Below are positions 26,601 to 39,630 of a stretch of 64,000 bases of DNA, piece after piece. Origin of the DNA: Antedon mediterranea (lineage: Eukaryota > Animalia > Echinodermata); contig NC_092673.1 in assembly GCF_964355755.1 (NCBI RefSeq), positions 25,851,648-25,915,647 on the forward strand. The letters run 5' to 3'. The notes under the pieces were generated by a model, which was not told where the DNA came from, searched no databases, and saw only the letters and a list, made by a program, of their open reading frames with translations. Positions within the stretch are counted from its first letter, which is position 1. Each line of letters begins with the position of its first letter. The position numbers and the translations under genes are program-made.

Positions 26601-29600
26601 CCTTTAATAATGGCTTCCACTTAATAATGGCTTCCCCCTTAATAATGGCTTCCCCCTTAATAATGGCTTCCACTTAATAATGGCTTCCCCCTTAATAATG
26701 GCTTCCACTTAATAATGTCTTCCTCCTTAATAATGTCTTCCCCTTAATACGGGTTACATCTTAATAAGGGTTTACCTGTTATAGGGGTTAGCCCTTAATT
26801 AGTGTTCCCCATAATACTGTAGGAAAGGAGGCGTTCTACTGTAATAAAAAGCAACCAATTTATACCTCAAAATGATTATTGCAGGCAATCTTGATTCGCA
26901 GTCTTGCATGGTCGGAAGTTTCTACCTGAAAGATTTGTTTAAAAAAAATTGTTTTGTTCTGTAATCAGTCTCTGTGATATTTCTTAACCAAGACTTTTAT
27001 TGGTCGTTAGGCCATCAAGACAGGGATGGTACACAAATGAGACGGTACCTGACTATGATGCATGTGTGTATTCTATACCATCATAGTAAATTAACATCTC
27101 CCTTTGCATATCATCCCAAAACACTGAGCTCGCTATTTTGTGGCAATTAACAGAAATTTACCTCAATGATATCTGTGATGTAGTCTGGACCGAGCATTAG
27201 GCAAATTGTTTGAAGTGCATTTTCTCGTTTTGGCTTGCCAGCTGTAAGATAATAAATACTTTAATCTTAATTAAGTTAAGCGTGAAGTTAAGTTAGGAAT
27301 TAAGATTAATTAAGACCTGTACATCAGATATAGTTCAGCTAGAAAACAATGGAAGATAGCCGAACTACTTACTAAATCTTAACCTGACCCTCTAAATAAT
27401 CTCTCACTATAAAGTACAAAGAAATCAAACTCCATACATCCACATTCAAAGTCTAGTCAATCCATTCTACTACACACACGGCTCAACAGAAAGTGTTTAC
27501 ATTAGTAAATTGTAGTTGGGTCAGTTCTTTATGTCACACCTTATGGATATGAATATAATGAAAATTCATGTTTATTTTGTGACGTTTTATGAGGGGTTCC
27601 CAACTGATGTACGAAAAGAAATGTTGCGGTCAGGCTACTGTATCATTATGCTATATCCATATTAAAGCTATACAGGTAGGTATTCTTGAATACAGTAGTA
27701 AACAATGAGTTGTTACTTTACCACTAAGGCTAAGAATATTAAAGTCTTCATGTGGGCCTAGGATTGCCATATCAGGACCAAACACAACTCTGCCAGTCTT
27801 CTCTTTGTATTTGTAAACCTAAAATGGTATGGTAAATTTAATACAATATTGCTTCCAATTTAATAAAATAATATTGTAACGGTAAAATAATAAAAATCAG
27901 TACCACTCTATGTATTTCAGAAAATTTCTATTCTAACAATACCTGAACAGCTGTGTTTCCTGGGCAACGATATGTAACGACTCTAGTTTTATCTCTTCCC
28001 TAGAAAAACAAAAGATTATTGTAAAGAAAAATTAAATCTGAGTTTATTTATTTTGTTTACAATGGATTGAAATTATCTACTCTCTTCCCAATAGTTGTAC
28101 ACACAGACTACCACAGCCTCTCAAGCTATAGGTAATCCCCTATTTAAAAGTACGCCACAAAAGTCATAACAAAAACATGAATTAAAATGGCTCATCAATT
28201 CAACAACGTAAAAATACTTACCTTTTTACTAACATATTGTGGATCGATCGATGCTTCAAAATAAGCCATTTTGCGAATGTCATCAGCGCCACATCCACCC
28301 CCATTTCTGAAATGGAACACTTTCATTTTAACACAAGAAACGGATATACATACTTTTTACTACCTATGAACTGCATACTTTTAAGGAAGAGTACTGAGAT
28401 TTGTAAACTAAATATAAATAATTTATATCTTCCAGAAAGAGCTCACTTTAGTATTTCTTCAACTAGTGGTAATAACTTTTTTTCCCACAGCTCTTCATAT
28501 TCCTCGAGAAGATACGATTGAGGACCCATGACCGCTCGAATCTTTCCCGTTTGTAAATGTCGAATGTAGATTCCTTCATTTTCTGCAAGAGATATGGCTT
28601 TCCTGAAAGGTAAAATAAACAAACACTGTTTAAAATTAATATCAATAATATAAAACAAAAAACAAAACACTGAAAAAAGAATCTAGGCCATAGGCATGAA
28701 ATAGAGCATTAGCTTTCTTAACCAACCAATCAAAACTCTGCTTACAGTACTATTGAATGGCAAACTAACCTTACAAAGCCACGGTCGTCTTGTTCCATCA
28801 CATGCACCTGAATGGGTGGTATGTATGATGCAGGCCCTTTGATCATCCATCTGTCCCCAGCCTTCCTTGATGGTTTACCTGCATATAGAGAACAATACAT
28901 AGGTCGCATATGTCATGCCTCTGGACCAAGCATACAGATACAGTACATACAACAGGTTTGCAGGGATTGAATAGATTTAACACTAAAGCTCTGTCTACAC
29001 TATCAAATGTATAGCTTTGCAGGGATTGAAAAAGTTTAACACTGAAGCTCTGTCTACACTATCAAATGTATAGCTTTGCAGGGATTGAATAAGTTTAACA
29101 CTAAAGCTCTGTCTACACTATCAAATGTATAGCTTTGCAGGGATTGAATAAGTTTAACACTAAAGCTCTGTCTACACTATCAAATGTATAGCTTTGCAGG
29201 GATTGAATAAGTTTAACACTAAAGCTCTGTCTACACTATCAAATGTATAGCTTTGCAGGGATTGAATAAGTTTAACACTAAAGCTCTGTCTACACTATCA
29301 AATGTATAGCTTTGCAGGGATTGAATAAGTTTAACACTAAAGCTCTGTCTACACTATCAAATGTATAGCGTTGCAGGGTTTGAATAAGTTTAACACTAAA
29401 GCTCTGTCTACACTATCAAATGTATAGCTTTGCAGGGATTGAATAAGTTTAACACTAAAGCTCTGTCTACACTATCAAATGTATAGCTTTGCAGGGATTG
29501 AATAAGTTTAACACTAAAGCTCTGTCTACACTATCAAATGTATAGCTTTGCAGGGATTGAATAGATTTAACACTAAAGCTCTGTCTACACTATCAAATGT

Positions 29601-32600
29601 ATAGCTTTGCAGGGATTGAATAAGTTTAACACTAAAGCTCTGTCTACACTATCAAATGTATAGCTTTGCAGGGTTTGAATAAGTTTAACACTAAAGCTCT
29701 GTCTACACTATCAAATGTATAGCTTTGCAGGGATTGAATAAGTTTAACACTAAAGCTCTGTCTACACTATCAAATGTATAGCTTTGCAGGGATTGAATAA
29801 GTTTAACACTAAAGCTCTGTCTACACTATCAAATGTATAGCTTTGCAGGGATTGAATAAGTTTAACACTATAGCTCTGTCTACACTATCAAATGTATAGC
29901 TTTGCAGGGATTGAATAAATTTAACACTAAAGCTCTGTCTACACTATCAAATGTATAGCTTTGCAGGGATTGAATAAGTTTAACACTAAAGCTCTGTCTA
30001 CACTATCAAATGTATAGCTTTGCAGGGATTGAATAGATTTAACACTAAAGCTCTGTCTACACTATCAAATGTATAGCTTTGCAGGGATTGAATAAGTTTA
30101 ACACTAAAGCTCTGTCTACACTATCAAATGTATAGCTTTGCAGGGATTGAATAAGTTTAACACTAAAGCTCTGTCTACACTATCAAATGTATAGCTTTGC
30201 AGGGATTGAATAAGTTTAACACTAAAGCTCTGTCTACACTATCAAATGTATAGCTTTGCAGGGATTGAATAAGTTTAACACTAAAGCTCTGTCTACACTA
30301 TCAAATGTATAGCTTTGCAGGGATTGAATAAGTTTAACACTATAGCTCTGTCTACACTATCAAATGTATAGCTTTGCAGGGATTGAATAAGTTTAACACT
30401 AAAGCTCTGTCTACACTATCAAATGTATAGCTTTGCAGGGATTGAATAAGTTTAACACTAAAGCTCTGTCTGAACTATCAAATTTTATGTGACAAAAAAT
30501 GAAGTGATCACACATTTTTTGTCAAACTAGTTAGTCATACCGTGAACTGCATCATCAATGAAATCTTCAATTGCCAGCAAAACTATCGCCTCATCTTCTG
30601 AGAGTACAAACTCTTTTTGAATACCCTCTGGAATTCGTTCATCTAAATTAAGAGAATACCAGATGGAAGGTTAAAACAATTTCAACCATCTTTACATGGT
30701 CAAATCTTTCAGATAAACAATTTTAGGAATTGGTACATTTTTTAGTACATTTAATTATGTATTTCTTGATTAAAATAAATAAAAAACCTTACTTGGATTG
30801 AGGAAGAAGCTTGTAACACCCTTGCGAAGTTCTTTTTGTCCAAGTCTCGGCCTTCCTGTCGAATTCACTGGATCGTGAATAACACAATATTCACCTTTAG
30901 CTAAAACTTTCTTTGTTACAATGTCTGCCACAACCTGTAAACATACAATGATTTGAAACTGGATCAGAAAAAAAATGATTTACCTGAAAAAAAAATGTAA
31001 TTTAAAGCAAGTCAAAGAATTACAGTTTTTTTGTTTTTGTTTTTATAGAAGTGAATAACTTTATTAAAACTGCAAAATGGCCTATTTAAAGTCTGATTTT
31101 ATTAATCTTAATTTTTCATGTTTTTGGAGGAAACATAACAGTATACATAACATAAAAGTAACATAGCGAACATGTCACTGTTTGCATTAACATTTCACTT
31201 TTTAAAACAGTAAACTGAAAATTGTTTTTCTTTAGCTCAAAAAATTGACCCAAGTGTTTTTTATTTTGTTTTTAGATAATGGTTTTAACAGCCAGAAAAT
31301 ATGCTAGTTCTATGCAGATAACCATTCCTCAAAGATGTAAGTGTTTCATAGTTTTTTTTAAATGTATTTGCAGTACCTCTCCAATCTCTGGAATATATGC
31401 CTCAATATCGTTTTTTGTGATCAACCATGTTTGGCCCGACTTTCTTTCACGGCCAAGTCCATCAACGCAGGTCTGCTCAGCAACCATGTGTAAGCCAAGG
31501 TTGTCGTTTAGAATGTACGCTTTGACTTCTTCCAAATACTCCTCATAGACACCAGGAAGGTATGCTCCTGGTGTTCTAACTAACCACATCTCATCTGTTA
31601 CACGATTCCTGTGTTTAAAAAGAGAGGCACAATAAAATTGCTCAATTTAACTGACAGATATTCACCATATTTAGCACCTAAAGCTCGGTCTACACTATCA
31701 AACAAAAAGTGTGTGATGTGCCCAAATATGGTAGTGATATGACATCATTTCTATATATTGGCACAACACTTTTTTTGTCAAACTAGTTTGATAGTATAGA
31801 TAGAGCTTTAGAATTATCACAATGTGTTATAAGCTACTGGTTATACCATGGAGAAATAAGTTAGTTAACTTATTTCTCCATGGTTATACATACTGCAGAG
31901 AATATTTACTTTTATTATGAAAGAACAAGGTAGGAAAAAAGATAAAAAGAACTTTGTAGGCAGACCATTCTGTAATAAAAAATATTCAAACCCATATTAA
32001 ACCAGTTACTGCAGAAGTTTAAAAAGGGAAAATCAAGCCAAACATTAATGTATACTAACTTTCCATTGTCATCGGTAAAATCTTGTACAGCTCTCATTTT
32101 TAGTGCATGTCCTTCCTTCACGATAAATGGCTTAATAATCCCCAAAATTTCCTGGAAAAAAGGTTTGAAAATAAATACGTCTACATTGCTTAAAAACACC
32201 TGTTTTTGTAAACTATTGAACTTTTTAAAAACTTACTACATTAGGATTTGGGTAATATGTCAACGGACCAATAAGCTGAAAGCAATCACCAGCGGTACGC
32301 TGAACATCGCCATCCTGGTGATCCAGAAGAACTTGAAGTCTAATGGCATGATTTGATTTAACAACTGGTAAAGGGCGCACAGCTTTTGAATATGAACCAC
32401 CTGAAAAGACACAAAAATCTATAAATCTATGACACTTTCAACTTTTAAAAATTCAATCCAAAATATTACTGATTAAGTATTAAGTATCTTTTACCTTGAA
32501 TTCCTTCAATTTGTTATATATAATGTATGTTTTTGTAGATATTTACCTAAATGTATATCTATCTATAAATGTGTGTGTACTACAGTTTTGTAAATTACTT

Positions 32601-34572
32601 GGTTAGTTGTCTTTGAATTATTGTTATTATATTGTAAATGTTCTCTACTGAACCACTTCAATCAATGATTTAGCACTGAGTGAAAGCGTCATTCAATATA
32701 ATGACAGAATAAATAATAATTATTACATTGGAGCAGGTGAAACCTATTAATCTGTGTATTGAAATTATTTTATGCTTGCTTCATTTCCATATTTCGCTTT
32801 ACTAATTTAATAACCTGAATACATACAGGCTAATGTAGAGTAAAAAAATAACAAATTTAGTTTGCAATGTCATAATTTACCTTTAGAGATATATTCTTCA
32901 GCGTTGACAAGAATCTCGCCTGGATACAGAGGAAATGGTGCCTAAAATTAAAGAAAGACTGTTTTATATGAAATTTAAATGAATTTTCTCTGCTTTGATA
33001 CAACATACAGTAAACCAGACACAATAACTGACACACTCACTTAGAGATCATGATATTGTTTATATCATTTACCTGGTGAAATCGAACATCAAAATGGCCA
33101 TGTTCTACCTCGCATTGTTTACCTTCTTCCAATTTTCTAAAAAAACAAAATTATGTAACAAGTTAAAAATTGTTAATTAAAAAATACTAATACTGGTTCA
33201 GTCCATGTGATTTACGAATGAGGTCGGGGTGGGTGAAACCTTATACTAGATGGAAGGTGAGGGTGAAACCTTATAGGGTGAGGGTGAAACCTTATAGGGT
33301 GAGGGTGAAACCTTATAGGGTGAGGGTGAAACCTTATAGGGTGAGGGTGAAACCTTATAGGGTGAGGGTGAAACCTTGTAGGGTGAGGGTGAAACCTTGT
33401 AGGGTGAGGGTGAAACCTTATAGGGTGAGGGTGAAACCATATAGGGTGAGGGTGAAACCATATAGGGTGAGGGTGAAACCTTATAGGGTGAGGGTGAAAC
33501 CTTATAGGGTGAGGGTGAAACCATATAGGGTGAGGGTGAAACCTTATAGGGTGAGGGTGAAACCTTATAGGGTGAGGGTGAAACCTTATAGGGTGAGGGT
33601 GAAACCTTATAGGGTGAGGGTGAAACCATATAGGGTGAGGGTGAAACCTTATAGGGTGAGGGTGAAACCTTATAGGGTGAGGGTGAAACCTTATAGTAGG
33701 GTGAGGGTGAAACCTTATAGGGTGAGGGTGAAACCTTATAGGGTGAGGGTGATTTCTCATCATCTCATCTTAGATTTATCCATGGTGTTCCTACTTTACA
33801 CACAAGAGTATGACACTATCGGTAACTGCATGCAATTTAAAGTCTTCTAAGTTATACTTGTTGGTTATCGTATCGGCACAGGTAACAGGTACATGGACCA
33901 TATTGATAACGTACATAGAAAATAGTAAATTACATGCAAAGTTGACGTGCTGTAATAGTCACTCCCCGTACAAGAGTATGCAGAAATTGTTCTTATTTTC
34001 TTACTTGACTGGGTTTTTAACAGTGCAATAACCAGCTGGTGGTAATATTATACAAGACAGCGGTCCAGCTAATAGTTTCTCATTTGATTGCAGAACAAGA
34101 CGTTGAGGACCCGTCTCAAGATGAGTAATGTTGGTTGACTGAAAAAGAACAAAAACAGATTAGTGAAATGTCAATCGACCCAGTGAATTGTTTTGGTCGG
34201 ACCAGATTTATAAATTAAAATAATGATATAAGAAGAACATTTATAATGATTGATATTGCAGCTCATTATAATTCAATAAAGACAATGAATTTATGTGAAT
34301 AGTCTAGGATGAGGTAGTAGCACCTCATACAGAAGGAAGCCACTTTCTTACTTCCCATTATAGTTGTTCTGTTGAATGTTGTTTGTTTTAGGAATAGAGG
34401 ATCAGGAGAGGTGGGCGTACAAAAACATAAAACTGGTCCAACAAACTGTATGTAGGCCTATGCCCGAATTCTATCATTATCATACCAAATCAAGAACGTG
34501 CACAAACTCTGTAGGGCCTATTCCTATCATCTGCCCGTTTATGCTGATTGAATCGCCTCCAAATCTCTGCAT
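23648..34572 (-). CDS. MVP: Major vault protein family member (divergent), 867 aa, 23 coding exons
   Basis: Exons: 34486-34572, 34005-34138, 33073-33136, 32881-32941, 32237-32400, 32060-32151, 31377-31608, 30793-30934, 30541-30642, 28770-28878, 28447-28602, 28222-28306, 27943-27999, 27722-27818, 27162-27241, 26866-26925, 26406-26484, 26105-26247, 25652-25752, 25098-25278, 24568-24759, 24094-24174, 23648-23752. Total 2604 nt, open frame. Motifs [83 protein letters not shown]. Orthology to canonical MVP is uncertain. Confidence 0.95.
23790..24012 (-). mobile_element. tRNA-derived SINE (Gly-like head)
   Basis: Minus strand GGAGCTGTAGCTTGGTGGTT (A box) ... GGTTCAATCC (B box); body shared with the copy at 37730-37939. 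Confidence 0.85.
26560..26841. mobile_element. Tc1/mariner(pogo)-type MITE with internal 17-18 bp tandem repeats
   Basis: TA|CAGTAGAAC ... GTTCTACTG|TA termini; internal cttaataatggcttcc repeats. Confidence 0.7.
28958..30530. repeat. 59-bp satellite, about 26 near-identical copies, in MVP intron 9
   Basis: Unit agctttgcagggattgaataagtttaacactaaagctctgtctacactatcaaatgtat. The last unit continues into a MITE family A body. Confidence 0.97.
31678..31810. mobile_element. MITE family A copy
   Basis: taaagctcggtctacactatcaaac ... gtttgatagtatagatagagcttta. Confidence 0.85.
33225..33751. repeat. 21-bp G-rich minisatellite, about 25 copies, in MVP intron 2
   Basis: Unit agggtgagggtgaaaccttat. Confidence 0.97.
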
Positions 34573-34830
34573 TTTACGTTGATTTTGTTGCAGTTATGTG
34601 TACTTCTTATTTTGTTTCCTGTGTTTTTGTTTATAAATTTAACTGGATATACGCACAGCGGCTGTGTATGTCATAAAACCACAGCCGTGCGTATAGCTGG
34701 CAACGGTTCTCTTAACTTTACCGTTGGTGGCGACAAAATTCGGAAATTGCTGTTGTTTTCGTTTGTGTTTTTGAAATCTATAATTCTTATAAAAAAATAT
34801 CAAATATAAGCTGTAAACAAAGTATTAGAG
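34573..34830. promoter_or_regulatory. Bidirectional promoter region of MVP-like and BUB3
   Basis: MVP ATG at 34572 (-). Putative BUB3 non-coding first exon ends at a GTAAGT donor at 34830; BUB3 ATG at 35347. Confidence 0.6.
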
Positions 34831-35346
34831 TAAGTTTATAATCGGTAGAGATGTATTTGAGAATAATACTTTTTTAATTTATCGAAACAAGCCTAAATTA
34901 TAATCAGAAAGCCAGCTAATGACCGCTTTCATATCAAGTCTCACCGTAGCCTGGCTCTGGCCTTCTACACACGTTCGCACGCAGTTCGCTATCATCATGT
35001 GCCGGTGTAGGCCAGGCCTATGTAGTTCTGGCCTAGCTAAGCTTTTTTTCAATGAGATACTTTTAAAATATTTTACTATGGCCTAGGCATAATTTTTATT
35101 CAAAACGCCGTCCTAAATAGAAACAATTAAGGAACAAATTTAATAAATAAGATAAAATACCAAATAAATTATTCTGCAGCTATCAAATATGAAGAAGAAG
35201 GCTGTTTTTTTCCCCTTTTCTTTCCCTTTTCTTTGTTTTGATTGATGATACAGTTATTCAAATCAAAACGACTACTATTACTAACTTACATGTCATTTTT
35301 GTTTGTTTTTTCATATTAATGAATGTTCTTTTATTTCAGAATTACC

Positions 35347-38300
35347 ATGACGGAAACATCAAATGAGTTCAAGCTAAACCAATGTCCAGATGATGGTATT
35401 TCTGCTGCTAAGTTCAGCCCAAAGTCATCACAGTTCCTTTTAGTATCTTCTTGGGATGAGAGTGTCCGACTATATGATGTTCAGTCAAACCTCCTTCGTA
35501 CAAAATATAGCCATTCTCAAGCTGTTTTAGATTGCTGTTTTTATGTAAGTTCAGTGCAAACATTATGCCTAGTAGTGAAAATGGAAAAATCTTTCAACTA
35601 ATGAAACATTCAATAAAAACATTCATTATTTGTAATTACCCAATTAAATGGCAAGGATACTTTCAGATGTGTTTATCACATTACACAATCTATTACAATC
35701 AATATTACAGTATATTGATTTTAAAAATTCAATCAGATTAAGTCGTAGAGAGGTCATCATGATTTAAATGATGTTTGTCCACATTAGCAAGTGAACCGCT
35801 AGTGTTGATAATTAAGTATTAAATGTTGCTATTATTATCTCTTGTTTTTTAGGATGGTACACACACATACAGTGGTGGTTTAGACAAGCAGTTGAAGGTG
35901 TTTGATGTCAATACAAGCTCAGGTATCTGGATGTTGAAAACATTTTCTAGCCCTTTTATAAACATAACAAAAACTTGCAGAATAAATTAGATTGGGTTCT
36001 GACTCCTTCCCCTCCTAATAAGTAATTTTCTCCCCAACCCTTCTTGCTCTTACCGCACAAATACTGTGGTAATTTCTTCTTCTTAAATTTTATTAGAACA
36101 AATAAGGCTAATGGTAATTTTACATTTTTCTGCCACAGTCACCATAAATTAATATTTGATGTATGTTCATGTATGAAATTGTTTCTTATTGACAACAAGA
36201 TCAGCTTTGCGTCTAAAGCCATGTTTATTATCAGCAAGGTTTTCTATTGGCAAGGCCGACCATGCTCCTTAATTCCGTTCAGTTTCTACTGATAGAAACT
36301 TTTAATTTGACCTATAGTCATGCCGATAAGAAAATATAAACTACATGCATGGTTGAACGTGACACACATTTAGACAGTACCTATTATAATTATAGGTGTG
36401 CTACAAATTGCACTCCTCTATACATTCAGGTATGCTGTACTAGTAGGTGTGCTGTTTGTATTTTGGTGTGTAGAAGTTTACCAAATTTAAGCACTGTAAA
36501 TCGCACTCCTCAAGGGCAGTTAGGTGTTAGGTGAGTGATCACACTCAAAAGAAATGGCCTGACTTTACATACTACATTAAACTATATTAAACAACCCATA
36601 TATTTTTCCTTTTTTTATAGAAATTACTGTTGGCAATCATGAAGGAGCTATTAAATGTGTTGAGTATTGTCCAGATGTGAATGTAATAATCACTGGTAGT
36701 TGGGATCAGACAGTGAAGCTATGGGACCCTAGGACACCATGCAATGCAGGTTCCTTCTCACAGCCTGATAAGGTACGGTATTAATGTCCTTAGACCATGC
36801 CTGTGAGTAAACTATCATCAGGCTAAAGCGTGGTTCCTACTAGAACGCAACGCAGCGAGGTATCTACGCAAAGTGCTGTATTGCGTAATCACACGTAGGA
36901 ACCAACGACGCAATAGTGCTGCAAACATCGTAGGTTTGATTTCACGCAGACGGGGGCATACACAATGATTGGAAGGGCATTTTCTTACGTTACGAGTAGA
37001 TTGCGTTGGGTCGCTAGTGGGAACCAAGCTTAACAAAATGATCTTTGTGCCGAGCTGTTGGTCTCTAAACTATTGTATTGTGGTGTCTTGTATAGTCGGA
37101 GGATATCATCACTCACTCCAGCATCTTCTGACAGACTCTAATCCTTTTTAACTTGCATACATTTCTGTATAACTATTCTATTCAGTACTGATTAGCTTTA
37201 ACCTTTTGTAGCAAATCCACATCATTTCTGGTCTTCCAATTATTCCTGTTATGGTCCTCAGGTCACCAGATCTGACATTATTTTTCCGTCACACCTTTTA
37301 CAGTTGCCATAGCTTTCTATTATTAAATTAAAAATCTTTGTTAATAATATGCATTGGTTACTGCCTATGAGCTTGTGTGGTTGTATCTCAATACATAGCA
37401 TGATTTATTTTCCAGGTATACACAATGGCAGTTTGTGGAGAAAGATTAATTGTTGGAACAGCAGGTAGGAAGGTCCTGGTGTGGGATCTCCGAAACATGG
37501 GCTATGTACAGCAGAGACGAGAATCAAGTTTAAAGTACCAGACGCGCTGTATTCGCTCCTTCCCAAATAAACAAGGCTACGTTTTGAGTAGTATAGAGGG
37601 CAGAGTTGCCGTAGAATACCTTGACGCAAGCCCCGAGATACAGAAAAGGAAATATGCATTTAAATGTCACAGATTAAAGGTTATTATTTTAATTTAATCA
37701 TTAAGTATTTTATATGTCAATTGCTTATGTATTTTTTTACGCATCCAACAGCGAGTAACTCACCAATTGTAGGATAGATAAACTATTTTATAATTGATTA
37801 TGCTTATAAACTAAATCTCATTTGAGGCCTAGGGAGTGAGTTGAAAGAGTTGCGAGTTACAACCATGGCACTAGGTCAGGATTGAAACCTACACCTTTGG
37901 ATTGGAAGGCAAGCAAGTTAACCACCAATTTACAGCTCCATTCTTAAGCGTGGTTCCCACTAGCGATGCAATATAAGCAAATGCCCTTCCAATAATTGTG
38001 TTTGCCCCCGCCTGCGTGAAATCAAACCTGCTTATTGCACGTCAACGTTGGAATGCTGTAGCCTTTGACATGGTTCACCTCGCATACTTTAAGTACGTGC
38101 TGTACTTTGTTTTCCAGTGTTCTTTTGCCTTGCGTTGTTGCGCGAGTACCTGTAGTACCGATGTCTGCAGCAATATTGCGTCGTCGGTTCCCACTCGATT
38201 ACACAATATAACACTTTGCGTAAATACGTTGTTGCGTTCTAGTGGGAACCAAGCTTTATAATAATAATTTAATGATGAAATTATTTTTATTTCTCTTTTT

Positions 38301-39202
38301 TTTAGAATGAAGGTAAAGAAGAGATCTACCCTGTGAATGCCATTGCCTTTCATAGTGGGCATAATACATTTGCAAGTGGAGGCTCTGATGGATTCGTAAA
38401 CATCTGGGATGGATTTAACAAGAAGCGGCTATGTCAGTTTCATAGATACCCTACCAGTATATCATATTTAGCTTTCAGGTAATGAACGATATAGTATATA
38501 AGCCCCTTCTAGGGTATATACTTGCCTTACCCTAAACCCAGTGAATGTGTCCTTCCGGCCTAGGATTCCACAAATGTACTAATTCTGTCTAATGCACATA
38601 ATAATGCCCAATAATTTCTAATTATTGACAAATGCAAATTTTCTTTTTTTATGATCCAATATGTTTGAATATAATTGTAAACAGCGAAAGTAAAAAGTAA
38701 GTTTAAGATTTTAATTCAAACATGTGAGATCATATCAAAGGAAAATTTGCATTTATCAATAATATATAAAGATCCAGATGAATCTTTTCACTAATTTCCA
38801 ATTTAAAGAATTAAATAGTGATATTAGTGATATGCCCAAATATTGTAGTGATATGGCATCATCATGTCCATATATGGGCACATCACATTTTTTTGTCACA
38901 TAAAGTTCCAGATCCAGATTTTATTCTCGAGTATGAGCCCACTCTGGGGTATAATGTCCATATATGGGCACATCACATTTTTTTGTCGCATAAAGTTCCA
39001 GATCCAGATTTTATTCTCGAGTATAAGCCCACTCTGGGGTATAATGTTACTAATTATTTTAATGATTTTCTCTTTTAGTCATGATGGTAGTATATTAGCA
39101 ATCGCTTCATCATACATGTACGAAAATGGTGACATTGATCATCCTGATGATGCCATTTTCATCAGAAAAGTTACCGACCAAGAAACCAAACCAAAAATTT
39201 AA
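35347..39202 (+). CDS. BUB3: Mitotic checkpoint protein BUB3 (WD40), 326 aa
   Basis: Exons 35347-35544, 35853-35922, 36621-36772, 37416-37679, 38306-38478, 39079-39202 (981 nt). Motifs [56 protein letters not shown]. Confidence 0.98.
36824..37031. mobile_element. MITE family B
   Basis: TIRs aagcgtggttcctactag / ctagtgggaaccaagctt; related copies at 37945-38258 and 39284-39414. Confidence 0.85.
37730..37939 (-). mobile_element. tRNA-derived SINE, second copy
   Basis: Homologous to 23790-24012. Confidence 0.85.
37945..38258. mobile_element. MITE family B copy
   Basis: aagcgtggttcccactag ... ctagtgggaaccaagctt. Confidence 0.85.
38861..39047. repeat. ~92-bp tandem duplication including a MITE family A fragment
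   Basis: atgtccatatatgggcacatc ... ctggggtataatgt occurs twice. Confidence 0.9.
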
Positions 39203-39466
39203 GGTAATTGCAAGAAATTACAACCAAAGCGTTTCAGAAATGACAGACGGACACAGTACTGAACAATAGTTAACGTTGGTAATGCTTGGTACCCACTAGA
39301 GACCCAATGCAAGGACGTAACGCAACGTAAGTTACCAACCGATAGCGATGAATTATTTGAACTGTTGCTTGTCATTGGTCAACACGCTTGCATTGCTTTT
39401 ACCAACCAAGCTTTATGTCAATGTAGCTATGGTACTTCACAATGATAATCTAATATTGTGGAAGCT

Positions 39467-39630
39467 GTAAAGTTCTGTCTACACTATCAAACTTTATGTG
39501 ACAAAAAATGTGATGTGCCCATATATGTACATGATGATGTCATATCACTACCATATTTGGGCATATTACTTACCATATTTGTGCATGTCACACTTCTTTT
39601 GTCAAACTAATTTGATAGTGTAGACAAAGT
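39467..39630. mobile_element. MITE family A copy in BUB3 3' UTR region
   Basis: TIRs ctgtctacactatcaaact / tttgatagtgtagaca. Confidence 0.85.

Noticed and set aside
28958-30480. CRISPR-like regular repeat
   Set aside because: Units are identical head to tail with no variable spacers, in a eukaryotic intron.
33212-33850. ORFs of HPHPIRF / RVRVKPY / VSPSPYK repeats
   Set aside because: Translations of a stop-free 21-bp intronic minisatellite.
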